Positions 19,902-28,789 of a stretch of 43,086 nucleotides of DNA are shown here, piece after piece. Both the position numbers and the translations under genes were made by a program. The notes under the pieces were generated by a model. It searched no databases. It had not been told where the DNA came from and saw only the letters and a list, made by a program, of their open reading frames with translations. Where the stretch lies: NCBI GenBank assembly GCA_038153405.1, contig JAYOYH010000041.1:1-43086 (forward strand). Direction: 5' to 3'. How positions within the stretch are numbered: position 1 is the stretch's first letter; every line of letters starts with the position of its first letter. Origin of the DNA: Gemmatimonadota bacterium (GTDB taxonomy: Bacteria; Latescibacterota; UBA2968; UBA8231).

Positions 19902-20663
19902 ATGCGACTCGCCAACAAAGTTGCGCTGGTAACGGGCGCCGGTTCGGGTATCGGCGCCGCTTCGGCCCGTCATATGGCCGGCGAAGGGGCCGCCGTAGCG
20001 CTGGCGGGCATTCCCGCCGACGGCGTAGAGGAGCGAGCGACTGGACTGCGGCGCGATGGCTACAGGGCGATGGCCATTCCCACCGATGTGGCCGACGCGG
20101 GTCAGATCGAGTCGGCCGTGCGGCAAGCGGTCGAGGCCTTTGGCCGTCTCGATATTGCCGTGGCCTCTGCCGCCGTGCAATATCACGATCGCGATCACAC
20201 GCTCCACGCCCTTGATGAAGCCGTTTGGGACGAAACCCATGCCGTTAATTTTCGCGGCGTGATGCTAACCTGTAAATACGCCATAGCGCAGATGCTGGCG
20301 CAGGGCGACGGCGGTTCGCTGATTATCATTTCCTCGGTTACGGCGATGGACGGCGCCTCGCCCAACGTATCGTACCTTACGGGTAAACACGGCTTGCTCG
20401 GCCTCAACCGGCACATTGGGCGCCACTACGGCGCGCGCGGAATTCGCTGCAACTGCATTTGTCCCGGCGCGCTGGAAAAGACGCCCAATCACGATATTCA
20501 TCCCGATCCCGATGGGCGCGCTGCCCGGCTCAAAGCCGCCATACCGCTCGGCAGGACCGGCACGCCGGAGGACATCGCTCCATGGGTGACGTTTCTGGCT
20601 TCAGACGATGCGCGCTACGCCAACGGGGCGCACTTTCTGGTCGACGGGGGCCTAAGTGCCTGA
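19902..20663 (+). CDS. Short-chain dehydrogenase/reductase
   Basis: VALVTGAGSGIG, ISS, YLTGK (YxxxK), IRCNCICPG, VDGG. Confidence 0.93.
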   Translation: MRLANKVALVTGAGSGIGAASARHMAGEGAAVALAGIPADGVEERATGLRRDGYRAMAIPTDVADAGQIESAVRQAVEAFGRLDIAVASAAVQYHDRDHTLHALDEAVWDETHAVNFRGVMLTCKYAIAQMLAQGDGGSLIIISSVTAMDGASPNVSYLTGKHGLLGLNRHIGRHYGARGIRCNCICPGALEKTPNHDIHPDPDGRAARLKAAIPLGRTGTPEDIAPWVTFLASDDARYANGAHFLVDGGLSA

Positions 20664-20774
20664 TGGTCAAGCGGCGCCAACGAGAGGATGAATACGGTGG
20701 CTCTGTAGCGCTATTGCGCCGCCTGTTAACGCGCGTACTTTGATGGTATGGACCCTTTTAAATCACTGGTGAAT

Positions 20775-21905
20775 ATGCGTTTGTTCGGTGGGCTGCGTCT
20801 TGTTCTCTTGTGCGCGATTGCCTTTTGCGCCGCCGTAGGATGCAGCACCGGCGGCGACGCGCCAACCGCATCGCCCGACTCCGTTCCCACGCCCGACTTT
20901 CCGGCCACGGCGACGACGAGCTATCCGGGCGGGGCGCTGCGCGAGCAGTACCAGTATTTCTTGCAGGACGACGAGTCCATTTGGCACGGGGCATACAGCG
21001 CCTTTTACGAAGACGGCGCTGTCGAAGTGATCGGTTTTTACGCCCACGGGCAACGAGATAGCACGTGGTCTTTTTTTGATGCGACGGGTCGCAAGACGCT
21101 GCAGCACACGTGGAATAGAGGTCGGCGCTGGAACGGGCCGTTTATTCTATACTGGCCCAACGGGCAGATCAGCGAGTATGGTTTTTATCGCGAGGGGCTC
21201 TGGCACGGTGCCTATACCAGCTACTTTCAAAGCGGGCAAATCGAAATACGCACCCAATATGTAGAAGACCAGCTGCACGGCACGTATATCGAGTTCTATC
21301 AATCGGGCACGCGCAAGCTGGTCGGCTCGTATGATAACGGATTCAAGAGCGGTCTGTGGACGCACTACGACGAGGTTGGCAACGTCACGCTGCGCGAGCG
21401 CTACGAAGGCGGCCAGCTGCAGCAGGTCGAGCAGACGCGCATCGAGACCTATGAAGACGGTACCATAAAGTCGACCGCCCCGCTGACCGATGGCGATATC
21501 GACGGCGTCTACAGCGAGTACTGGCCCAGCGGCGCGCGCAAAGAAGAGACGGTGTACGTGCGCGGCATTCGCCACGGCGAGAGCGTGATATACTGGGATA
21601 ACGGCGTCGTGCGCGAGACGGGCATCAACAGCAACGGCCGCAAGCAGGGCGTTTGGCAGACGTTTACCCGCACGGGCGCGCTCTCCATTCGCGCCTCCTA
21701 CGCCCAGGGACTGCTCAGCGGGTCTTATGTGTCGTACTATCCCAGCGGTCAAATCCAGTGGGAAGGCACGTATAATCGCAACCTCAAAAACGGCACGTGG
21801 ACCAATTATTCCTCTTCCGGCGAAAAGCGCCTGGTGCAGCTTTGGGACGACAATCGCCTGATCAACGGTATTGATTGTCGCGAAGATGCCGAAGCCTGCG
21901 AGTAG
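20775..21905 (+). CDS. Lipoprotein with MORN-variant (YwqK-like) repeats
   Basis: Signal peptide with AAVG-C lipobox and a Pro/Thr linker, then many ~23-24 aa repeats of type G.Y..YYx(S/N)G. Confidence 0.8.
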   Translation: MRLFGGLRLVLLCAIAFCAAVGCSTGGDAPTASPDSVPTPDFPATATTSYPGGALREQYQYFLQDDESIWHGAYSAFYEDGAVEVIGFYAHGQRDSTWSFFDATGRKTLQHTWNRGRRWNGPFILYWPNGQISEYGFYREGLWHGAYTSYFQSGQIEIRTQYVEDQLHGTYIEFYQSGTRKLVGSYDNGFKSGLWTHYDEVGNVTLRERYEGGQLQQVEQTRIETYEDGTIKSTAPLTDGDIDGVYSEYWPSGARKEETVYVRGIRHGESVIYWDNGVVRETGINSNGRKQGVWQTFTRTGALSIRASYAQGLLSGSYVSYYPSGQIQWEGTYNRNLKNGTWTNYSSSGEKRLVQLWDDNRLINGIDCREDAEACE

Positions 21906-21961
21906 GGGGGTGCGCCCGCACGGCCATCCGCTTTTATCCAATACATTGAGAAAACGCATCT

Positions 21962-23317
21962 ATGCGTGAGGCTATGCGCGCTAAAACGGGTGAGCTACAC
22001 GTTCACATCGGTGGGTGTTTAACGGCAGAAGATCTGTTTGAGTTGGGGCGCGATGCGTTTGAGCAGATCGACTGGACGCTCTTTGTCGACGGCTTTGAAA
22101 AAGCCTACGGTGAGCGGCCGGATCCCGCTGCGATCTATCGCCGTGGTCTTGACGGCAGCGGCGCTGACGCGCTGCGTCCCTACTGCGTATACGGCGCAGA
22201 AGAAGGCGGTGACTTTGCGCGTTTTCAAGCGAAGTTCAATTTCAGCATCTGCGTATTTCGCCACTGGTGGCACGTTCTTTCCCGCGAAGGAGAAGTGCTT
22301 ACGCGGATTTTTGAACAGCACCGGCGCGAGGGCGTGCGCTACGTCGAATACCGAGCGATGGCGCCCTTTGGCGCGGAAAACCCCGAGGGATTTATTAATT
22401 TCCATGCGACGATGGCTCATGCCATAGGCAAGGCGTGCGGTGACGGCTTTACGGCGCGTTACCTGATTAGCTTGCCGCGCTGGCAGCCGCTGGAATCGTA
22501 CGCGCTGGTGCGTCGATGGCTGGCCGAACAGGCCGACTTGCAGGAAGTCGTCGTTGGGCTCGATCTCTGCCATGTTGAAGAGGGCTATCCCCCGGATTCG
22601 ACGCGCCCGTTTTTTCGCCAGCTGCACGAAGACAACGCCGCGCGGCCCGGCCACCATCTCGACGTAGCCTATCACGTCGGCGAAGTGTTTTTTGATAAGT
22701 CGCTAGAGAGCGCTGTGCGCTGGTGTCACGAGGCAGCCGAACTGGGCGCCGCCCGCCTGGGGCATTGCACGGCCCTCGGATTGGATCCAGCCAGCGCCGT
22801 GGCGCGTCAGCCCGGGGCCCATGTGAGCGAAAGGGCGTCCGAGCGCGTGGCGCAGATAGACTACGATCTGCGCCATATCGGTGCGCTGCGCGGCTATGGT
22901 ATTGCCGTTGACGACGATGGGCTAAGAGCCGAGCGGAGTGTGCTGGCTGAAAACCCAGAGCGAGTGCACCGCCGTCCCTATACACAGGAGCGCCTGGAGG
23001 ACGTGCGCCGTCGCCAATCCTTTGTTCTCGATCAGCTGGCCGAAATGGCGGTCGTCGTCGAGACTTGTCCCACCTCCAATCTGCGCATTGGCGCCGTACC
23101 TTCGGCCGATGTGCATCCGGTGCAGCGCTTTCTCCAGTCCCGCGTGCCGCTGGTGGTAGGCGCCGACGACCCCGGCGTCTTTGGCTGCACGTTGGAAAGC
23201 GAGGTCGACTGGGTGCTCGAGCATGGCGCCCTAGATCGCAAAGCGTTAGATGCGCGTCTGGGCGATCCGCTGCGCCATCGCTTTGGACGGTGCGGTCGCT
23301 CCCACTCGCCGGATTAG
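21962..23317 (+). CDS. Adenosine/AMP deaminase-like amidohydrolase with a large insertion
   Basis: ELHVHIGG, YVEYR, VVGLDL, HVGE, RLGH, ETCPTSNL, GADDPG. Confidence 0.8.
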   Translation: MREAMRAKTGELHVHIGGCLTAEDLFELGRDAFEQIDWTLFVDGFEKAYGERPDPAAIYRRGLDGSGADALRPYCVYGAEEGGDFARFQAKFNFSICVFRHWWHVLSREGEVLTRIFEQHRREGVRYVEYRAMAPFGAENPEGFINFHATMAHAIGKACGDGFTARYLISLPRWQPLESYALVRRWLAEQADLQEVVVGLDLCHVEEGYPPDSTRPFFRQLHEDNAARPGHHLDVAYHVGEVFFDKSLESAVRWCHEAAELGAARLGHCTALGLDPASAVARQPGAHVSERASERVAQIDYDLRHIGALRGYGIAVDDDGLRAERSVLAENPERVHRRPYTQERLEDVRRRQSFVLDQLAEMAVVVETCPTSNLRIGAVPSADVHPVQRFLQSRVPLVVGADDPGVFGCTLESEVDWVLEHGALDRKALDARLGDPLRHRFGRCGRSHSPD

Positions 23318-23390
23318 ATTCTATCCACCGCTGGACAGATGCCAGCGCATTTGTCTTATTGTCGCCCGTACTCCTTCTGCGAGGTCTACC

Positions 23391-24545
23391 GTGAAGATAG
23401 TCGATATAAACGTCGTTCCATTTAGCGTTCCGCGCCGGCCCTTCCACGCCGGCAAGCTGCTGCCCGAGACAACCATTACCCAGACGCTGACCAAGGTCGT
23501 TACCGATGAGGGGGCCGAGGGCTATTATTTTGGCGGTTCTGGGCACGGCGATATGGATGGGATGTCACCGGAGCAGCGCGCCGTGCTCGAGGGGCGCCTG
23601 AAAAACCTCGTCGTCGGGCACGATCCCTTTGACCGCGAGAAATTTTGGCACTGGATGTGGACGGCCCATCTGATTCCCGAAAATCTGATGAGCGTGCTCG
23701 ATATGGCACTGTGGGATTTGCAGGCGCGCCTGTTTGGCGTGCCGCTCCACAAACTGCTGGGCGGCTGCCGCGACAAGGTAAAGGCCTACGCCAGCACCTA
23801 CCCCAATATGGGCAGTCCGCAGGACTATGCCGATCACGCCGTCGCCTGCCAACAGGAGGGCTATCGGCACTATAAGATACACCCCTACTACTTCTGGGAC
23901 CCGGAGACCGGCAAGCCCGATCCCGGTCGCCCTTCGCATATCAAGCAAGACCTTGAAGTGTGCCGATTGGTGCGCGATGCCGTCGGACCCGACATGGTGC
24001 TCAGTTACGATCCGTGGGGTACTTACCGCACTTACGAAGAGGCCTATAAGGTTGGGCGCGTGCTCGAAGAGCTCGATTTTTACTGGTACGAGCACCCGAT
24101 GCCCGAATACCGCGTCGCGCCCTACGAAAAGCTGTGCAGCGAGCTAGAGATTCCCATTCTCTCGCCGGAAATCGTCAACGGCAGCATCTATTCGCGCGCC
24201 GATTGGATCCTGCGCGGCGCGTCTGATATGACGCGCATTGACGTGCTGCGCGGCGGCGTGACGGGCGTAAAAAAGATGGCGGCCATCGCCGAGGCCTACG
24301 GCATCAAGTGTGAAGTGCATATGAGCGGTTTTGCCAACTTGCAGCTGCTTGGCTCGACTAGCGAAGACGTCTGCGAGTACTACGAACGCGGGTTGGTCGC
24401 TCCCGGTATCGACTGCAACGAGCCGCCGCCCTACCTGAACGCCTTGGGCGATCCGCTCGACGCAGAGGGCTACGTCCATCTACCATCGCTGCCGGGGATG
24501 GGCTACGACATCAACTGGGATTATATAAGGGATCATCAGGTATAG
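23391..24545 (+). CDS. Mandelate racemase / muconate lactonizing enzyme (enolase superfamily) protein
   Basis: GTG start after GAGG. TDEGAEGY, LDMALWDL, LLGG.RDKVKAYAS, metal ligands D (SYDP), E (WYEHP), E (SPEI), and PGMGYDINW. Confidence 0.9.
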   Translation: MKIVDINVVPFSVPRRPFHAGKLLPETTITQTLTKVVTDEGAEGYYFGGSGHGDMDGMSPEQRAVLEGRLKNLVVGHDPFDREKFWHWMWTAHLIPENLMSVLDMALWDLQARLFGVPLHKLLGGCRDKVKAYASTYPNMGSPQDYADHAVACQQEGYRHYKIHPYYFWDPETGKPDPGRPSHIKQDLEVCRLVRDAVGPDMVLSYDPWGTYRTYEEAYKVGRVLEELDFYWYEHPMPEYRVAPYEKLCSELEIPILSPEIVNGSIYSRADWILRGASDMTRIDVLRGGVTGVKKMAAIAEAYGIKCEVHMSGFANLQLLGSTSEDVCEYYERGLVAPGIDCNEPPPYLNALGDPLDAEGYVHLPSLPGMGYDINWDYIRDHQV

Positions 24546-24616
24546 CGGTGAGCGCGGTTGGGCACTTGCTGCCTCGTCGATCCTTTCCGTGGATGTGTCT
24601 CTACTAGGAGGAACCT

Positions 24617-25405
24617 ATGGCGCGCATTGGCATCGTCGGCTTTGGCTATCTCGGCTCGTTTATATACGAACAGATTAGCACGCGCCCCGAGTTGGGGTTG
24701 GATATTGCCTTTGTCTACAACCGCTCGCCGGCGCGCCTGCAAGCCGTGCCGCCCGAGCACATTCTCGGCGATTTGGCCGCTTTTGCCGAACGCGCTCCCG
24801 ATCTGGTCGTCGAATTGGCCCATCCCGATGTCAGCCGCCAGCACGGCGCTGCCTTTTTGGCCAGGGCCGACTACATGCCGCTCTCGCTCACCTGTCTGGC
24901 CGATGCCCAGTTGGAACAGCGCTTGCTCGCCGCTGCGCGCAGCAGCGGCACGCGCCTGTGTGTGCCGCACGGTGCCGTTATCGGCCTGGATGCGCTCAGC
25001 GAGGGGCGCACGATGTGGGAAGACGTGTCCATCACCATGAAAAAGCCGCCGCGCAGTATCGATTTTTCCGACTGCCCAGACTACAGTGCCGAGGATATAG
25101 AGGGTGAAACCGTGCTCTACGACGGGCCGACGCGCCAGGTTTGCGCGCTGTTTCCGCGCAACGTCAATTCGCACGCGGCCACGGCACTGGCCGGCATCGG
25201 TTTTGAGCGCACGCGATCGGTGCTGGTGGCCGACCCGCAGCTTGACGTATCGCTCATCGAGCTCCGCGCGCGCGGTCAGGGGGTAGAAATCGACATTCGG
25301 CGCGCCAACCCGATGCAGGGCGTCAGCGGCGTGCTGACGCTGCTGTCGAGCCTAGCCAGCATTGGTCGAGCTAGCAGTCCGCGCGACCCCCTTTTTATTT
25401 GTTAG
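24617..25405 (+). CDS. Aspartate dehydrogenase domain (DUF108/NadX-like) protein
   Basis: AGGAGG RBS. IGIVGFGYLG Rossmann motif, DLVVELA, GAVIGLD, KPP, LYDGP......FPRNVN, VADP. Confidence 0.8.
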   Translation: MARIGIVGFGYLGSFIYEQISTRPELGLDIAFVYNRSPARLQAVPPEHILGDLAAFAERAPDLVVELAHPDVSRQHGAAFLARADYMPLSLTCLADAQLEQRLLAAARSSGTRLCVPHGAVIGLDALSEGRTMWEDVSITMKKPPRSIDFSDCPDYSAEDIEGETVLYDGPTRQVCALFPRNVNSHAATALAGIGFERTRSVLVADPQLDVSLIELRARGQGVEIDIRRANPMQGVSGVLTLLSSLASIGRASSPRDPLFIC

Positions 25406-25450
25406 CCGATGGATGGCACGAGCGCAGTATAAACGCATGGAGAAGACGGC

Positions 25451-26545
25451 ATGCATATACAGCCCAATATACTAACGCTGTGCGATGGATCGCCGGCGAC
25501 GCCTCAGCAGTGGTCGCGCCGCCGCGCAGAGCTCTCCGATGCGATAATTCCCCACGAATACGGCGGCATGCCGCCGCAAGTCGAGGAGGTCGCACCGTTC
25601 GAATATTGTTCCAATAGAATGCGCACTTGGGATGGGGTGACGTATGCCACCTACGAAGTGCGTTCGGCCTTTGCTGGTGGGGAAGAGCACAGCCTGATGC
25701 TGTCTCTGTGGATACCGCCCGGTAAGGGCCCCTTTCCCGTCGTGCTGTGCGGCGATGGGTGTTGGCGCACGTTCGACGACAATGTCGTTGGTCAGGTGCT
25801 GGCGCGCGGCAATATTGCCGCTTCCTTTGATCGCACGGTCGCCGCTGCCGACAACAAGGATTGCTACCGGGAAACGGGGCTCTATCGCCTCTTTCCCGAG
25901 GCGCACTTTGGCGCGCTATCGGCCTGGGCGTGGGCCTACCATCGCTGCGTCGATGCGCTCTTGCAAATGCCCTGCGTGCGCGCCGATGCCATTGCCATAA
26001 GCGGCCATTCGCGCGGCGGCAAGGCGGTGCTGCTAGCCGGGGCGACCGACGAGCGGATTGCGCTGGTCAATCCCAATAACTCTGGCATTGGCGGCGCCGG
26101 ACTCAACCGCTGGAAGGCGGTTGGGTCTGAGACCGTCGATAGCTTCTTTCACTCGGGCAATATTTTTTGGTTCGCCGCGCCGTTTGCCGAGCACCGCCAC
26201 CGCGACGGCACGCTGCCGTACGATCAGCACTTTATGCATGCGCTAATTGCGCCGCGCCCGCTCCTGCTAACAGAGGCGTACGAAGATCGCGCCGCCAATC
26301 CACCGGGAACGTATGCCGCCTGTCAGGCAGCGCGCGCCGCTTACCAACTGCTTGGCGCGGCCGATCACATCGGCTGGTCTTTCCGCGAGGGAGGGCACGC
26401 GCACAGCGCGACGGACTTTGCGGCGCTGCTGGATTTCATTGATCTGCACTTGCACCAGCGCGCCGTATCGCGCGACTTTCAGCGCGCGTTATTTCCGGAC
26501 TTAGATTCTATTCTGTTACCGGTGAAAGATCGCCCTGAAAAGTAG
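25451..26545 (+). CDS. CE15-like alpha/beta-hydrolase (glucuronoyl esterase family)
   Basis: AWAWAYHRCVD, GHSRGGKA nucleophile motif, SGIGG, LPYDQH, LIAPRP, REGGH. No signal peptide. Confidence 0.8.
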   Translation: MHIQPNILTLCDGSPATPQQWSRRRAELSDAIIPHEYGGMPPQVEEVAPFEYCSNRMRTWDGVTYATYEVRSAFAGGEEHSLMLSLWIPPGKGPFPVVLCGDGCWRTFDDNVVGQVLARGNIAASFDRTVAAADNKDCYRETGLYRLFPEAHFGALSAWAWAYHRCVDALLQMPCVRADAIAISGHSRGGKAVLLAGATDERIALVNPNNSGIGGAGLNRWKAVGSETVDSFFHSGNIFWFAAPFAEHRHRDGTLPYDQHFMHALIAPRPLLLTEAYEDRAANPPGTYAACQAARAAYQLLGAADHIGWSFREGGHAHSATDFAALLDFIDLHLHQRAVSRDFQRALFPDLDSILLPVKDRPEK

Positions 26546-26613
26546 AAGTCCGTTTGACGCTCGGATTCGTTCATCAAGGCTCGTACTGCGGCGCTATGGA
26601 AGACTGAGCGCGT

Positions 26614-28731
26614 TCAAGCGCTCAGTAAGCCGTGCTGGCGGAGCATCTGTTCCAGCTCTTCGCGTTGAATGGGTTTGGCCAAAAAGTCATCCATGCCTAC
26701 CTCGAGACACTTTGTGCGGTTTGTCTCGAGGGCATTCGCCGTACAGGCGATAATAAGTGGGCGATTTCCACCTTCGGTTTTCGTCGCTCGCTGACGGATG
26801 CGTTCCGTCGCTTCGTAGCCATCCATAACGGGCATCTGACAGTCCATCAGAATCAGTTCGTACGATCCCTTATCCGTCTTTTCCACGGCCTGCGCGCCGT
26901 TGGTTGCTGTTTCGACTTCAAAACCCAACGACTTAACTGCGGATGCCATAACGATATTGTTGACGGGGTTATCATCTACTACGAGTGCAAGGCGTAGTGG
27001 GGTGAGCGCATCGTTTGCTATGGTTGCGACAACGTCGCTGTACTGTGCGCGATCCTCCTCTATTGCAATGGGTAGATCGAGCGTGAAAAAGAAGGCTGAT
27101 CCAGCGCCCTCTTCGCTGTCGATTTCGAGCGTGCCCCCCATCGCTTTGATAATGGCGTTGCTCAAGCTAATTCCAATCCCCAATCCGCTGTGCCGGCTCG
27201 TGGCGCTCATATCCTCTTTCACAAAAGCTTGAAATAGAAGGAGCTGTTTTTTTCGCTCAATTCCAACGCCGTTGTCGCGCACTGCAAAGCGCACTTGGAT
27301 GGAATCTGACGAGCGGGCAATTTCACTGCACTCAACTTCTACACGGGTTCCGTTTGAAAAGCGAATGGCGTTATCGATGAGTTTAATGAGCACCTGACGT
27401 ATCCGTTTTTGATCAGCTCGAACGAGTAGGACATCGAATTGGGTAACGGGACAGATGAGTTGCGTTTCGTGATACTGGGCTTGAGTAGTCATATAGGTGC
27501 CGATCGACTGTAGCTCGGCGACCAGTTCGAACGGTTCGGAAGCTAGCTGCAGATGGTCAACCTCTATCTCAGCCATATCGACGATGTCGTTGACCATGTC
27601 TGCTATGTTTAATGCACTGCGCTTGATTATCTCTATCTTTTCGCAATGAGCTGGAACCGAAGAACTCTCTATCAGCGATTCACTCATGCCGACGATGCCA
27701 TTTATCGGCGTGCGCATTTCGTGGCTTATATTGGCTAGGATGACTCCTTTTATTTCAGAGGCTACCTGTGCTTGTACCTGTTGCCGCTGGACCGAGATCA
27801 GCATATATAGCAGCAAGCTTGCAAAGAGACTGATAAAAATTTTGATGTAAAACGACCAGCCCAACCTAATTGGAGACGATGCGGCGATAACCCATTCGCC
27901 GGCTGGCAACCGGATCGGAATCGCTGCCGTGGGATGATCAAACACGCTTTCGTTTCCCCAAAAAACCTCGCCGCGTTCGCCGAGCCCATGGCGTCCGCGC
28001 AGGGCGATTAGCCCGCCTTCTTGTACGGTGTCCAGATCCGCTTCTTCATACAGCACGCTCACATCAACCAGGACCGTGGCTATTCCCCAGAAATTGTCGG
28101 GTATTTCGTCCAGCCAGTGGGGTTTTTCTGACATGCCACGTCGGCGCATGTATTCGGCGGGGTCAAAGGTATTTGGCTCGGTAAATACGGATAGGCGCGC
28201 AATAAACGCCTCACCTCCCTGTTTGAGTACGACGGGCCCTGAAAGAATGAGTTTGTGGTCTTTGATGGCGCGCAGTGTCTGTTCGCGCCGGTTGGGGTCC
28301 ATCAGTAAATCGTGTCCGATGGCTGCCTTGTTGCGCTCTTCGTTCGTCAGGTAGCTAACGACAGCCTGTGGGGCTAGCTGGATGGATAGAAGTCCGCGCG
28401 TGCGCGCTGAAAGCGCAGTGGCATGCTGCAGAAATTTGTGCTTGAAATCGGCCTCTTGTGCCGCGTTATCTAAAGAAGCGTTCGAGTTTGTTTTGACGAA
28501 TGCTTCTAACGCATAGGTCGTGTTGAGCCGTTCGTTGAGTGCTTGTTCAAGCTGACTCTTCGCGCGATACAGCCGCTCGTTGGTGAGCGCTTTGGTATCG
28601 CCTTCTATTTGCTCATAGTCAATTTTTGCTAGCGAAAGAGAGAGTAGAATACCGACCAGCAGAACTACGGCGGGCATATAGGTCGAAATGTGACCGGAAA
28701 AATAGGTCGAACGTAGAATGGATTTAATCAT
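26614..28731 (-). CDS. CHASE-domain hybrid sensor histidine kinase / receiver
   Basis: TM-CHASE (NKAAIGHDLL, LSGPVVLKQGG)-TM, H-box SHEMRTPINGI, N-box LIDNAIRF, DNGVGI, GLGIG, receiver DDN...MDCQMPVMDG...KP. Confidence 0.92.
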   Translation of the reverse strand: MIKSILRSTYFSGHISTYMPAVVLLVGILLSLSLAKIDYEQIEGDTKALTNERLYRAKSQLEQALNERLNTTYALEAFVKTNSNASLDNAAQEADFKHKFLQHATALSARTRGLLSIQLAPQAVVSYLTNEERNKAAIGHDLLMDPNRREQTLRAIKDHKLILSGPVVLKQGGEAFIARLSVFTEPNTFDPAEYMRRRGMSEKPHWLDEIPDNFWGIATVLVDVSVLYEEADLDTVQEGGLIALRGRHGLGERGEVFWGNESVFDHPTAAIPIRLPAGEWVIAASSPIRLGWSFYIKIFISLFASLLLYMLISVQRQQVQAQVASEIKGVILANISHEMRTPINGIVGMSESLIESSSVPAHCEKIEIIKRSALNIADMVNDIVDMAEIEVDHLQLASEPFELVAELQSIGTYMTTQAQYHETQLICPVTQFDVLLVRADQKRIRQVLIKLIDNAIRFSNGTRVEVECSEIARSSDSIQVRFAVRDNGVGIERKKQLLLFQAFVKEDMSATSRHSGLGIGISLSNAIIKAMGGTLEIDSEEGAGSAFFFTLDLPIAIEEDRAQYSDVVATIANDALTPLRLALVVDDNPVNNIVMASAVKSLGFEVETATNGAQAVEKTDKGSYELILMDCQMPVMDGYEATERIRQRATKTEGGNRPLIIACTANALETNRTKCLEVGMDDFLAKPIQREELEQMLRQHGLLSA

Positions 28732-28789
28732 CTATGGTTTGACAGTCGGCAACGGTTGTGATCTGTAGGAACTCGTCTAACGCGCTGCG

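Noticed and set aside
21962..23317. Complete RADAR anti-phage system
   Set aside because: No RdrA-like ATPase gene is adjacent, the protein is shorter than I expect for RdrB, and there is no defence-island context.
22467..23546. Long antisense or alternative-frame ORFs (e.g. 22467-23546 -, 4748-5566 -, 21147-21959 -, 34488-35279 -, 2440-3153 -)
   Set aside because: They overlap well-supported genes, show no family motifs, and are the shadow ORFs expected in GC-rich DNA.
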